The notes: generated from the sequence alone by a model not told the origin. A stretch of DNA of 48,161 nt from Neoconidiobolus thromboides FSU 785 (GCA_025603075.1 MU626406.1:1-48161); one strand, 5' to 3'. Numbered from the stretch's first letter, positions 11,486 through 24,841 are shown. Made by a program: numbers and translations.

Positions 11486-12050
11486 ACGATATCTTAAATT
11501 TCTAGTGTGGAGATTCCAGGATTTTGATTATCTTTAATTTACTATAAGAATACGTTTATCAGCTCCCTAGATATTTATATTATTACTTAATGCGGTAAAA
11601 AATGAATCTTGGATACGATCTTGATCAAGCTGTAAAGTTCATTAATAAAATAAGCATAACCTCTTATTTAACATTAAATCAATTAATATATATACTTAAC
11701 CTTTAATTTTGTTAAATAAGACGATTACTATTTACATTAATATCCTTGTATAAAATTCAAGATAACATTTCAGTTAAATAAAGTGGATAAATTCACTATT
11801 ACTGTTACTTTAATATTTACTAATTTAAACTGTGATTTAAAACAACTAAAATACATTTAATAAATACCGACATTGTTATATTTATTTATTGTTAGTATAA
11901 GAACCGTGGATTTACCCTTGCCTATTTATTGACAACATATTTACTAGCTCAATCCTAAAAGCGAAAATTCAATACTTAGTTTAAATAAATAACTTTGACT
12001 TAAGATCAGGTGTACTATTACAGTATCCAGACCAAGCTTGTTGTATTATA

Positions 12051-12912
12051 TCACAAATTCTCTGAAATTTTTAACAAGTTCCTCAACGAGCTATTTTCGC
12101 TTTCTAGACGAGATAATTCTTCTTGATAAATCATTTCATCTTCTTCTAAGTGATCCAAAATACCCGACTTGACCGAGTCAGTTAGTTTTTGTAACAAACT
12201 TCGAAGTTTAAAGTTCTCTTGAGCTAACTGTGAATTTAAAAGCTTGAAAGTAGATATCAACAAATAGTAATAATAAAAATATGATAATGTTTACTTTTTC
12301 TTCAGCCAAATTTGCTTCATACTTCTTTCTAAGAAGATGTGATTCTTCTAATAAAGCAGCACAACGGGAACGAAAAGAACTCATAAGTGTTTGAGTTGAT
12401 TTTTCGTGTTCTTGAATGAGGTCATCTTGATCAAGTAATTGAGCTTCTAATTCATCAACTCTTGTTTGATATTTTTCAATAATTGAATTTATCTTGCTTG
12501 AATTTGGGACTTGAATATCCTCATTTTTAATTTCATTGTCTATCTTTATTAATAAAATTTAATAAGATTCCTCAAATAAAAAATTACCATTGAAACTAAC
12601 ATCACCTGTTTGAAGTGGTAAATCATTTAAAAGGCTTTCTTCTATTTCTTCATTTTTGCTAATTAGGATCTAAAATAGGATAAAAGTATGTTTCATTACT
12701 TCTAATTAAAATACCTTGAATTCATTCAAATCGGCTTTCAAATTTTTTAAAATGGATCTGTTCTCTTTTAAACTTGTAAAGAGCTTAGAATTTAAAACTT
12801 CATTGCTTTTTAACTGCTCCGGATTTTCGTTTTGAGTAAATGTTTGTTGGTTAAAATTTTGCGAGACATCTACGTATCCTTGATTATCTCCATTAACCCC
12901 ATTATCAATCAT
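12051..12912 (-). CDS. FGFR1OP2/SIKE-family coiled-coil protein (STRIPAK subunit-like); multi-exon
   Basis: QEHEKSTQTLMSSFRSR and LSRLESENSSLRNLLKIS resemble FGFR1OP2 EEHQSALELIMSKYR and IFQLEQENKGLREILQI; the ORF-track start at 12921 is TTG, and the first ATG is at 12912. Confidence 0.65.
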
Positions 12913-13266
12913 ATTTGGCAATTATGCTGTTGAAAGAAATTTGATATAGCTTAAGAAAAAACTTTTAAACTGCAAAATTAAAAATATGAAATTTATACAA
13001 AATTCAATCAAAAAATATCTAATAAATAGAACATAACGTAATTTACTATTAGTTGGATAAGGATGAAAGTCGCTTAATACATATTTTTTATACTAAACTA
13101 TTTCTGTGCTATTATTATATTATTGTGTTATCCTTAGTACTATCATTAATACTTTTATTTAATGTTCATATTTAACATTTTCTATATAGCTTCATCTCAA
13201 CCAATCAATCGTAAGTTGGTACTTTTGGTCATCATCTACAAAATTCATTTAACGTTTTAATTCAAA

Positions 13267-14943
13267 ATGTCTTCAGAAAATAAAGAGAATAAGGATAGTA
13301 AGGATGGAAATAATATTCAGCCCACTTCTGAAGTTGATGAAGATGGCGAAAAGCAGGTTACCGATCCAGAAAAAATAGCTAAAGTTATCAAACTTTTGGA
13401 AAACTTAAACAGACAAACTGGTGAGGGAATACCAAGCGCTTATTTGGATAAAATAAAGAGAAATGCTGGTATACTTGATGAACCAAATCATGCTTTTTGG
13501 AAAACTCAGCCCGTACCACAAAAAGGTTTATACATATATATTAACAAATTTACTCTAATTATATATAGAGCTTCCTGTGGATGCTACGCCCGGAGCCATC
13601 CATGAAGACATTCCAATTGAAAAAATCAGTAGTAAATCCATTGGTTTACCTAAAGAGTTTGAGTGGGTAGAAATAGATCTCGATGATTCTGAAGACGTAA
13701 ATTGATTAACTTATTTACAACCTTATATTTAATTTAATTTATTTAGCTTGATCAACTATATAACTTGTTAAAATTTAACTATAATGAAGACACGGATGGA
13801 ATGTTTCGTTTTGATTATTCAAGTGACTTTTTAAAATGGTAATTAATGTTGAAGTTGATAATGCATTTATTTTACATGTGTAGGGCCCTTAAACCTCCAA
13901 GTTATAAGAAAGAGTGGCATATAGGAGTACGAGTAGCTGCCACAAAAAAATTAGTTGCTTTTATTTCCGGTGTACCAATCGAGATGAAAGTATTGGAAAA
14001 GTATGTTTACTTTTAACTTTCATTAAAAATCTTAATTTCATTTATAGTGAAAAGGCTATGGTTGAAATTAACTTTTTATGTGTTCATAAAAAATTGCGCT
14101 CAAAACGTCTAGCACCTGTTCTAATTAAAGAGGTCACCCGCCGTGTTCATTTGACTGGTGTATTCCAGGCTGTTTACACTGCAGGTGTTAAGATTCCTAC
14201 TCCAGTTGCAGTTTGCCCGTAATTTTTTTAGAATTAATAATACATATACTTATTCATTTAGATATTTTCATCGCACCATAAATCCAAAAAAGTTGATAGA
14301 AGTAGGATTTAGTGGACTTGGAAATATGACTATGGAGAAAAGAATAGCTAGAGATGCACTTCCATCAAAAACTCCTTTATCATTAAGGTTGATGGAGCCT
14401 AAAGATGTTAATAAAGTTCAAGGACTTTTCAATGAGTTTCAAAAAAAGAACACAAAGCTCACCCCTATTTTGAAAGATGAGGACACTGCTAAACATAGTT
14501 TACTACCTGTTTCTAATGTTCTTTGGACTTATGTTATTGAAAATAAGGAGGAGGAAATTACAGATTTTATCTCGTTTTATAGATTAGATTCATCTGTGTT
14601 ACATACTACTCAACACGAAAAGATTGAAGCAGCATATCTTTATTATTATGGCACTACTGTATCTAATGAAGATGACTCTGAAATTTATAAGAAACGCCTT
14701 CAAGACCTTGTTCAATCTGCCTTAGTTAAAGCAAAAGAAGTAATTTTATCATTTTAGTTTTAGGAATATTTCATTTATTTTTAGATTGGATTTGATGTGT
14801 TTAATGGTTTAGAAAGTAATCAAGGCCATTTGTTTTACAAAGAACTAGGATTTTCTAAAGGAGATGGCTCATTACATTATTATCTTTTTAATTGGCAATG
14901 TCCTTCGCTTGAATGCAAAGACATTGGGCTTATTATGGTTTAG
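13267..14943 (+). CDS. NMT1: Glycylpeptide N-myristoyltransferase; multi-exon
   Basis: [67 protein letters not shown]. Confidence 0.98.
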
Positions 14944-15531
14944 AAATAAACAAATATAGATAATAGGATTAAAACATGTCAACCTAATTTGAATTTATTA
15001 TGTATTATCAATGCTTAAATTTGATTCTATAGACCATAGTAATGGCTCAATTCTATTTTATTGATAGTTAATTGTAAGCTTATATTTTACTATTTGTTTT
15101 TTTAGATTTTTATATCATACTATTTATTTGAAAAGCCCTAAAAATATTTATTACTTTATCAGACGGAACAATGTTAATAGAATAGTATTTAGTATCCAAC
15201 ATAGATGAAATATATAGTAAATTTATTAGATTTAAATTTTAAAAACTAAAAATTGAGATATACAACCAAATTTTACTATAACTATTTTATATACTTGCTT
15301 TTTCAGATCATTTCATAATAAGTTTTAATAAATATTATTTAATTTTATTTACTCTCTATGTTTACAGTAATTTTAATACTAATAATCATGAGACAGTAAA
15401 AATTTTAGATCCCTTAATTTATATTTATCCAATAATGCTCGAAGTTAAACTTGTATTAGCAAATTAAACTAATTTACATTAGATGACACTCCGTTTAAAG
15501 CAAATTCAACAATTTAAGCTGTTCACTTCTT

Positions 15532-17102
15532 ATGTTAAAGATGAAAGCATTTAATTATATTACTAGAAATATCAAATATAGCTCATTTATTAATAAATTT
15601 GAATTAAGATGTAATTCTACTCTCTCAAAAGTTTTACAGCAAGAACTTGAATCAATAAAACAAGCTGGTACTTTTAAAAATGAGAGAGTAATAGCCTCTC
15701 CACAAGGGTCAGCAATTAAAGTTGACAGTGAAGGTCAAAAATTAGACGAATTATGCCTATGCGCAAATAACTACCTTGGTCTTTCTAATCACCCTGAAGT
15801 AGTCGCTGAAGCAAAAAAATATTTAGATTCCCATGGCGCAGGACTTTCTTCAGTTAGGTTTATTTGTGGTACTCAAGTAATTTTTGATATATCGATTTAT
15901 TATGATTTGATTAAAATTTTAACAGGATATTCATAAAAATTTAGAAAATCAAATTTCAAAATTTCATGGAACTCAAGATACTATATTATATATCTCATGC
16001 TTTGATGCTAATGCAGGAATTTTCGAAACTTTATTAAAAGAACAAGATGCTGTAATCTCTGATTCTCTTAATCATGCCTCAATAATTGATGGTATTCGAC
16101 TTTCTAAAGCTGCTAGGTACAGATACAAGAATGCTGATATGAATGGTAACTAGTTTGTAATAATTATGAACAAAATCTAAATAATAAATAGATCTTGAAG
16201 CACAATTAATTGCTGCTACTGAAAAAGGTGCTAGACTTAAAGTAATCGCAACTGGTAACTCTAAATAATTTGAAGTTTTTCAGTAGCTTATTTATTTTTA
16301 AGATGGTGTTTTCTCTATGGATGGAAAGATTGCCCCCCTTGACAAAATTTGTGATTTAGCTGATAAATATGATGCTTTGGTATTTGTTGACGATTGCCAT
16401 GCTACCGGTTTTGTAGGAAAAACTGGAAGGTAAATTTATTTTTATGCAAAAAAAAATATATTTAAGTATACAGAGGTACTCCTGAGCTTTTCGGTGTACA
16501 AGATCGTGTACATATCTTAAACTCTACCCTTGGAAAAGCTCTTGGAGGAGCATCTGGTGGGTATACTACTGGGCATGCTGATATTATTGCTCTTTTAAGA
16601 CAAAGATCTCGTCCATATTTGTTCTCCAACTCAATTCCACCTCCAGTGGCTGGTGCTGCTTCAGCTGCAATTAAATTAATAGACACTGAACCTCAATTAT
16701 TAGAAAAGCTTTGGAAGAATACTGATGTATTCCGTAAAGCACTAACAGAAGCCGGTTTTAAAATCAAGGTAAATTCACTACTTATTTTTGTTCATTTATT
16801 GATATATATTTAATTAGGGAGATCGTCACCCTATTACACCTATTATGTTAGGAGATGCTAGATTAGCTGCTGATTTTGCACATGATATGTCTAAACTTGG
16901 AATTTATGTTGTTGGTTTCTCCTATCCAGTAGTACCAAAGGGTAAATATAACCATAGTACTTTATTGTTAGTAATATTAATTCAAATTATAGATCAAGCA
17001 AGAATAAGAGTTCAAATATCTGCTGACTTATCTGATGAACAATTAAGTAAAGCTATTGATGCTTTTATTAAAGTAGGAAAAGAGCGTGGTATTATTGTTT
17101 AA
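15532..17102 (+). CDS. GCAT: 2-amino-3-ketobutyrate CoA ligase (glycine C-acetyltransferase), mitochondrial; multi-exon
   Basis: [88 protein letters not shown]. Confidence 0.96.
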
Positions 17103-17300
17103 ATAAAATTTTATTTAGACTAATTAGTTTCATATTTTAAATGTTACATATTTGTTAAACAATCATTTTTTATTATATTTGATGTACGAATCATGTGCAA
17201 CTGATTTTTGTAATTTAATAAAAATTTTGAATTTTGGTTTAGAAAATTTAAAAATAATCAAAATTAAACTTTCTTTTATAATTCACTTTTGATTTTAAAT

Positions 17301-18003
17301 ATGGCAAAACTCAATACAATCAGTACATTGAATTTACCATCATTTGAAGAAGGATGTGACCAAGAAATAATTGGAACTAAAGAATATACGAATGTATTCT
17401 TATTTGAAGACGATAAAGTATATAACAATTCTTATTATCATTTATAAAATCATAGCTAGAAAGATACTTTTAGGACTAAAGAAGCGTGGTTTTGGTAAAG
17501 GTAAATGGAATGGTTTTGGTGGGAAAATTGAGGTTGGCGAAACAATAATTGAAGGGGCTAAAAGAGAGATGAAAGTAAGCATTTTTTCAAAATGTAAACT
17601 AAACACATAATAGTTAAAAAGGAAGAAGCATGTATTTTAATAAAGTCGATGGAAAAAATTGGTGAGTTAAAATTTGTTTTCTCACAAAGGAATATTGCTT
17701 TAATAGTACATATATTCAAAGCTAGTGGATACGAAGGAACAGTTTCTGAGTAATTCATTATAACATTTATTTACATTTCTTATTTACGATTTCTCTCATG
17801 GTAGAACTGAAGAAATGCTTCCAAAATGGTTCAAGAGTAATATTGAAAGTATACCATTTAAAGAAATGTGGTCCGATGATTGTTATTGGTTCCCATATAT
17901 CATTGAAGGAACTCCATTTAAAGGAGCGTTCTACCTTGACGGTAATGATGAAGCTACTCTTTTAGCTGCTACATTGGATACTTTAAAGACAAACTCATTT
18001 TAA
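17301..18003 (+). CDS. NUDT1: Nudix hydrolase, MTH1-like oxidised purine nucleoside triphosphatase; multi-exon
   Basis: [35 protein letters not shown] (Nudix box) and [15 protein letters not shown]. Confidence 0.9.
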
Positions 18004-18028
18004 AGAAAAAAAATAAAAAAGATAAACT

Positions 18029-19091
18029 CTATTTTAATTTAGCATTTAATCGGATACTACATATATCTGCTAAATATATTAAAACATTAGCTATAGCCCT
18101 TGAATCATCGATACCAGAATGATTTCTCCCTTTAAACTCAATTTTAAAGCTACTGCAAATTGTTACTAAGGACGGCATTCTACCTTTGAATCGGCCCCAT
18201 TCTTTAGAAGATGGGTGGTATTTTTTATAGTTATTAAGTAAAATCGAAGAGAGCTTTTGCATATCTAAATAATCTCCTTGAAATAAATCAGGAACTTCTA
18301 AACCGTTTGCTGCTAATGTAATTAATAAAAAACGTTCCAAATCTGAAGGCCCGTGAGTAGCAATAGAAACATCAACTATATAAATTAATCTATGTTTACA
18401 TTAAAAAAGATTTGAAATACTTTTTGAATCTTCTGTATTAAACACTTTGATAAACTCAAGGAATGAATTTAAAACCTCAGGAAAAGAAGGGCTTGAATCG
18501 ATAGTATGCTAAATAACGTAAACGAATACTATAAATTTAATATTGGATTACTTGTTCAATCCCAGTTAAATCTGTACAATATTTAGTTAATATTGGATTT
18601 AACTTAGGCTTAACATAAGAATGAAATTCATCAACCTAATAATTATAAATAGTTAATAACTGTGTAGATAACTTAAGTTCTTTTACTATTTTGTTCGTTT
18701 TAGTATCTATAATGACTGCAGGAAATTCAATAATCTCATGTGTGTCATCATCAAAGCCGACATTTCCTTCACATGTAGCTTCAAAATCAATACATGCAAT
18801 ATATCTAGTTGGAATCCCCCACCCTTTTTCATCAATAAAATTGCTTTTTTTATGTGTTTTACCACTTTCTATTTCTAGTCTTTTTCTTAATCTATTTTTA
18901 AGTAGATACTCGCCTCCTTTTGTACTCATTCCTCTTTTTTTAAGTTCTTGTAGAACTTGTTTTATTTTTATTTTCCCAAAATTATCTATTAAATAAGTTG
19001 CTTCGTCTTTGATGTTTGTTGTGTCTTCTTCAAACCCTAATATAACATCACCTGGATCACCATTTTGTAACAATTCATATATATTTCCCAT
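18029..19091 (-). CDS. ERI1: ERI1/3'hExo-type DEDDh 3'-5' exoribonuclease with SAP domain; multi-exon
   Basis: SAP-like LQELKKRGMSTKGGEYLLKNRL; ACIDFEATC..EIIEFPAV; FKGRNHSGIDDSRAI. Confidence 0.88.
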
Positions 19092-19434
19092 TCTCCAAAG
19101 TTGTTGATTTTTAAAAAAAACAAAAGAGGTTGAATGTAGATTAATTAAATAAAAAAGTATCTAGCATAGTTGTATAAGCAACTTAAAAAAGTCCAAACTT
19201 TTAAACTCAATTAATTTATTAAAATCGAAATTAATCACATTATTTTGAATTTAGTATATAACTTATTAAATTATACTTTTATACTATTCCACTTGCTTTA
19301 TTGATAATACCCATTATAGTTTGAGCAAAATATTTATCAATAGCTTTAATGATAAAGTTACATTGATAAAAACTATGTATATAAACTAGGCCTTTCTTTA
19401 TATTTTTAAATATTAGTTAAATTATAAAAACATG

Positions 19435-19540
19435 ATATGGGGATGTATTTTTGTGTTTAAGAACTTTACTAACAAATTTCCCCCTCAAATAATGCTTAAA
19501 AGATAGAAAAAATAATGAAGCCGAAAAAACACCCCCATAT
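19435..19540 (+). mobile_element. MITE copy 6 (reference copy), 98-bp body 19439-19536
   Basis: ATAT|GGGGATGTATTTTT...AAAAAACACCCCC|ATAT. Confidence 0.93.
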
Positions 19541-19940
19541 ATCTAATTCTATCAGCTAATTGTTATTGTACAATATTTAACTACTTTGATTTTATAGTTG
19601 ATGCTTGTAGAGTTTTCCTGCTTATTTAATACATGAATAAATAATAGGCAATTTTTTTAAAATTTTAAATAGTAACGTTCAATAATATTGATAATAGTTT
19701 ACTTTATAGAGCATACATATTAAACCTGGATATTTTTAAATACTATCGACAACTATTTTATAGAATTTGGGGGATTGATTGTGTTATTTTAACATTAAAT
19801 TATATACTATAATTATTCAAAAAAAATTCTAAATCGAAAATTTACAAGCGTTTTATTATCAAAGGTAGCGTGAAGGCGAAGTTTTAATGGAGAGTACGAA
19901 AGTCAAAATATATAGGGCGGTACAAATAAATGATAGTTAA

Positions 19941-20047
19941 ATATGTGAGGATAATTTTTTTGGTTTTATTACTTTTTCTATCTTTCAAGCGCTATTTGAG
20001 TGGAAAGGTTGTTAGTAAAATTCTCAAAAAAAACACATCCCCCATGT
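19941..20047 (-). mobile_element. MITE copy 7 (diverged)
   Basis: ATAT|GTGAGG..TTTTTTTGGTTTTATTACTTTTTC..GCGCTATTTGAGTGGAAA..AAACACATCCCCC|ATGT. Confidence 0.85.
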
Positions 20048-20620
20048 AATAAATTTAGCCTTTTTCAAAAATTTCAATGAACAAAGGTCAGTGTGAGAAA
20101 TAACTTTTTAGAAGAAATAATACGTACCAAAGAGTAACGGAGTTCATTCATAATGAGGGTATATCAGCTTGGCTAAAGGTTAGTTAAAGCGGGAAAGAAT
20201 CTAATCTTATTTAACCTTTTATTATTTTCATCACATTCACACTCCAACTTTTTTATTTATTTGTTATAATTTGTAATTTAACAATAAAACAAAAATAAAA
20301 AAATAAGAATTAGCTTTAAAATACTACACACAGTTTATTAATAATAATATCAATATTTAAATTAACCTAATTTTATATATAGGTTTTAATTGCATACTGC
20401 TAAAGCTAAAGTTGTTCAATTTTAAGATTAAAAAGTTAGAAATTGAATTAAGGAAACATTTGAATGTAACAAATATTAACTGTGATATTTAATAGTAGTT
20501 TTAATTATCAACTTTACTTTTCATAGCATACATTAAAGAACAAAAGTAAGAGGAAGATACAGTTAAAAATAACTTATTTTTTGTTAGTATTGATTTTGGG
20601 AGTATTAAAAATAGATTTAA

Positions 20621-20726
20621 ATATGGGAATGTTTTTTTAGTTTCATTACTCTCTCTATTTTTTAGGCGCTATTTAAGCGGAAAATTTGTCAGTAAAATTC
20701 TTAAACACAAAAATACATCCCTATAT
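20621..20726 (-). mobile_element. MITE copy 8
   Basis: ATAT|GGGAATGTTTTTTTAG...AAAAATACATCCCT|ATAT. Confidence 0.92.
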
Positions 20727-21372
20727 CTTCAATCTTTAATTTTTATTTTTTAATTAAGTGTGGTAGCTAAAATGATCACGTTAGGGGACATTACATTAAT
20801 TGATTTAATTAACATAATTAACATCAAGGTACTAGATAGTTTAAACTATCTAAGTAGAAAACTCTAATATCAGAAGTAGCTAAAATATTAATATTTTCTT
20901 TCAACTACATTTATAGAATATTTACAATTTTTAACACAATTTTGTATTCATTACTTTTTAAATAATTTTGTAAGGTTTAATTGCATACTTTACAATTTTA
21001 ATTTTAATTTGAAAATTATACAAAATTCAATATTACGAATTGTATTAGCTTATAAATTCAAAACAAATGATGGTTATAACAGTTAAATATTAATTTAGTT
21101 ATTTTTATATTAAATATTTATATGTATGATTATTATTTTCGAATTGATGTATAGCTAAATATTTGTTTCGATAGTGAAGTTTAAGATGTTCTCACAAATC
21201 TTTTATTTTTCAACAAATGATATTTTATGTTTTAAAGATTTTTACGGATAAAATTTATCCTCGAAAATAACAATCAAAGAATAATGCAACAGCTTTTCTA
21301 AACTTAATAATCTGTGTTATTGCTTGAAGGAAATTTTTAATTACGAAATTAAGGCACAAATATAAAAGAGTG

Positions 21373-21432
21373 TAATTATTAATTATTAATTATTAATTAT
21401 ATTATTATATTATTATATTATTATATTATATT
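21373..21432. repeat. Compound AT simple repeat (TAATTAT)x4 followed by (ATTATTAT)x~3
   Basis: Visible tandem periodicity. Confidence 0.85.
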
Positions 21433-22196
21433 GTTATAAAATAGATGAAGTTTACTAACAGTAAGACATTAAAACGACTATAGAAATATTAAGTTGAGTG
21501 GTGTAATTAAATACATAAACATGTTTCAGTTGTTAAATTTAGAATAATAAAAACTGGTTATATTTTAAACTAACATTTTCGAGAATTATAGTCACGACTT
21601 CTATTCCCATAACAAAATATAAACATTGATGGGTGTTCTAGTAAAGTAAAATCTTTCAATTGTATTGCTCAATTATATTAAATAATTTAATTTAATTGGA
21701 TATTATATTGATTAAGTTGTAACAAGCTTTAAGTTAATCTATTAGACTGAAGAAAAAAGCCAATACATTAATAGCAAAAATATTATTTATTGATTTAATA
21801 TAATGTAGTTTGTTTGATTATTATAAATTGTTAACAGTTACGTTTTTAATGATATCTTTTATTATAATTTTGCTAAAAATAAAACTACAAATTTGTATTT
21901 TGATAAAAGAATAAGATTTCCAATATAAAAACTTCCTTATCCCCAGATATTCTTAGAACAGTATTTGATTGGTTAGATCAAAAGGTAATTCTTACCACTG
22001 TTTATCAATTTTTAAAAAAACTATTTGATAAGAATAGAAAAATCCGTTGACAATTTCCAAGTAATTTTTATTGTAGGGAAATAAGAATTATGTGATTTGG
22101 TCTAAAAATAGATTGGAACTGAAAATTGAGAGCATCTGCTCCTTAAATGTAAAGAGTGGAGCCATTTTACTCAGAACAAATAATTAAAAAAATGGG

Positions 22197-22204
22197 TATA
22201 TAAA
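22197..22204 (+). promoter_or_regulatory. Candidate TATA box (TATATAAA) ~170 bp upstream of the 22370 ORF
   Basis: GGG-TATATAAA-GG context; weak evidence in such an AT-rich genome. Confidence 0.3.
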
Positions 22205-22369
22205 GGAAAAAGGACTAATTAATTTGTTTTTGATTTTAATAGTTTAATTAAAATTATAAACGTTAACTTGATTTATTAACTACCTAATATAACACTACTA
22301 ACCCCAGCCCTAATTAATATCTATATATTTAAATACAACTACTTATCAACTAATTTTTAAATTTTAATA

Positions 22370-23449
22370 ATGTCAAAAAATGCAGATGTATTATCACTAT
22401 CAAATAACAATGGTACCGAATTAACCAGCGGATGGCGTTACTATTTACCTTCAAACCTATTTGCATTTAATAACAATAATAATAATAATGACGAACAAGA
22501 TTCTAGTGATAGTGATGATGAACCATTAGACTTATCCGATGAAGAAATTGATGCTTCTGAAGCTTACGATTTAATGTTAGGCTTACCAAAAGACCTTTCT
22601 TTATCTCCACCAGTTGCATCTCCATCTAAGCCAATAGTTGCTCCCCCAACAGCCATCAAATATGAAACTGCCAAAAAAGACTTGACCCCAGTTGCTGAAT
22701 TAACACATTCTATTACACAACTTACTCCAGTTAAAACCGTTGAGCCAATTCAAGCTACTAATCGTTGGTCATTTCCATCTTTTAAGCCTTTTGAATCTAT
22801 CTCCAAGTTAAAGACTCCACCTTTATCTCCACCACTTTTTAAACAAATTGAAAAAGAAAGTTTAGAAACTATTGAATCTTCTCTTAATACCACAAAACTC
22901 CTTGAAATAAGCTATAACAAGCTAAGAAAAGGTGCACGTAAATCTTCCCGTTTACCACTTAAAGAAACACTATTAGTTCATCTTACTGTAGATCGTATTC
23001 GAGAGTTAAGGAAAATTCCAAGACGCAGTTCCTTACGTAACAAATCAAAAATTCAAAGAACCTCTGCACCTGCTTTACCACCCAAGCCAATTCAGGTTCA
23101 AACTGTTGTATCAATTGCGAATAACCCATCAACTGCTATAAAATCACAAATTGATATATCTTCAATCTCAACACGTAATATAAAATCTATTCAATGTATC
23201 CCTCCACCAATGCTAACTCAAAAGCAAAATATGTTGAATTCGATCCTTAAACCAACTCCTGCTTACTGCAAAGATAATTCATATAAACGTAATGCAAACC
23301 TTTATATTCAATTGGACAACAGTAAAACAGAAAACTTGACCTTTAAGAATGATGTAGCAGTCATTGATACTGAGAGTGATGATAGCCCACTCTTTTATTT
23401 ATTAGCCCCGCCTATTAGCCCACCACCAAAGGCTGCTTTTGCTTATTAA
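22370..23449 (+). CDS. Intronless Pro/Ser-rich protein with a central IER/SERTA-like motif; 359 aa
   Basis: Open 359-aa frame with coding-like composition; the motif LLEISYNKLRKGARKSSRLPLKETLLVHLTVDRIRE is surrounded by low-complexity sequence. The ORF is solid, the motif assignment is inference. Confidence 0.75.
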   Translation: MSKNADVLSLSNNNGTELTSGWRYYLPSNLFAFNNNNNNNDEQDSSDSDDEPLDLSDEEIDASEAYDLMLGLPKDLSLSPPVASPSKPIVAPPTAIKYETAKKDLTPVAELTHSITQLTPVKTVEPIQATNRWSFPSFKPFESISKLKTPPLSPPLFKQIEKESLETIESSLNTTKLLEISYNKLRKGARKSSRLPLKETLLVHLTVDRIRELRKIPRRSSLRNKSKIQRTSAPALPPKPIQVQTVVSIANNPSTAIKSQIDISSISTRNIKSIQCIPPPMLTQKQNMLNSILKPTPAYCKDNSYKRNANLYIQLDNSKTENLTFKNDVAVIDTESDDSPLFYLLAPPISPPPKAAFAY

Positions 23450-24041
23450 AAGAGTACTGTATATATATTTTTACAAGTATTCTGATATTGTTTGAATAAT
23501 TTTTAAAAGTTTTAATAAAAGTACTTTTACTAAATTTAGTAATTTCATTTTTATAAGTAATTTTAATGATACATTGTTGTGATGATGAACATATTAAGTT
23601 TATGTTGTGAGAAAATAATTTTATTTTAATTGGTTTAAGTCACATTCCATCAAAATTTCTGTTTTGATTATAATCGTTACCAATTAGAGCTAAAGTATTT
23701 AATCCCTTTATAATAATTTCATTTTGCATCAGTATTAATAATGTAAAAAAAGTTAAATACTGTAGTATTATAATACTCCATGCTAATAATTGAGACAGTG
23801 TTCTTTTGTTTCATAAATGCCAATACGATTTGGTAAAAAATTAATTGAATGGAGCTAATTCTTTGTACTTTAGATGAATAGCAGCTAGTGAAGGCTATCT
23901 TTAAAAATAAGTCATTATTAAACGTAAGCTGTAAAAAAAGGGTGAAGACGATTTAATTTAAATCCCTTTTTAAAAATAAGTTAACTAGAGTTAATTTTAT
24001 ATGCATTGTCTCTTTAACATTGTTTATTTAATATACGGTAC

Positions 24042-24146
24042 ATATGGGGATGTATTTTTCATTTAAGAATTTGCTAACAATTTTTCCACTCAAATAACGC
24101 TTAAAAGATGGAAAAAGTAGTGAAATCAAAAAAAACATCCCCATAT
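24042..24146 (+). mobile_element. MITE copy 9
   Basis: ATAT|GGGGATGTATTTTT...AAAAAAAACATCCCC|ATAT. Confidence 0.93.
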
Positions 24147-24841
24147 GTTAATATACTAAAATATGCGTCATATAAGGTGATAGATAGCATATTTCAATTG
24201 AATCAAAATTTCGAAAATATAGCTAGAGACATCTATTATAGTTTATATTTTAAAACATAATATTTGTATTTAAATAGCTCAAAAATTAAAAGCATGATAT
24301 CTAAATAAACCGTAATATTTGAAAACTGATATTTTCCGCTAATTATTATATAATTGTTGTTAAATCTAGCTTCTATTATTCAATTTTTTATTTGAAAATA
24401 TTAAAATAAATATTGAAATATTTTGCGTAATAGTGGCTAGTCTATGATCAAATGAGATTGCAAATTTAGTTAAATAAGATCCATCAACTGTTTACCTTCA
24501 GTAAATTTAAAATGTTAATCTACTCAATGACTTCGTTTCTAACAGTAGAGTAAATCAAGTAATGTAACAAAAATTATGAAGTTGAAAAATTGAAATTAAA
24601 GATTGCTGTAAAGCTATATATCACCTACCTAAGTAAAAGATATAATTCAAACCATCACTTTATAATAGAATGGTATTGTATACCATTACAGAAGGCTATT
24701 AAATATTTTGTTACTTTAATAAACAAACGAAGTGGAGAAGGATAACTAGTATTTAACTAAAAACTATAAATATGCTTTGAACATTAAAACAATCATTATT
24801 AAACTAGAACTGGAATTATATTATACAAATAGTATTCTAAA

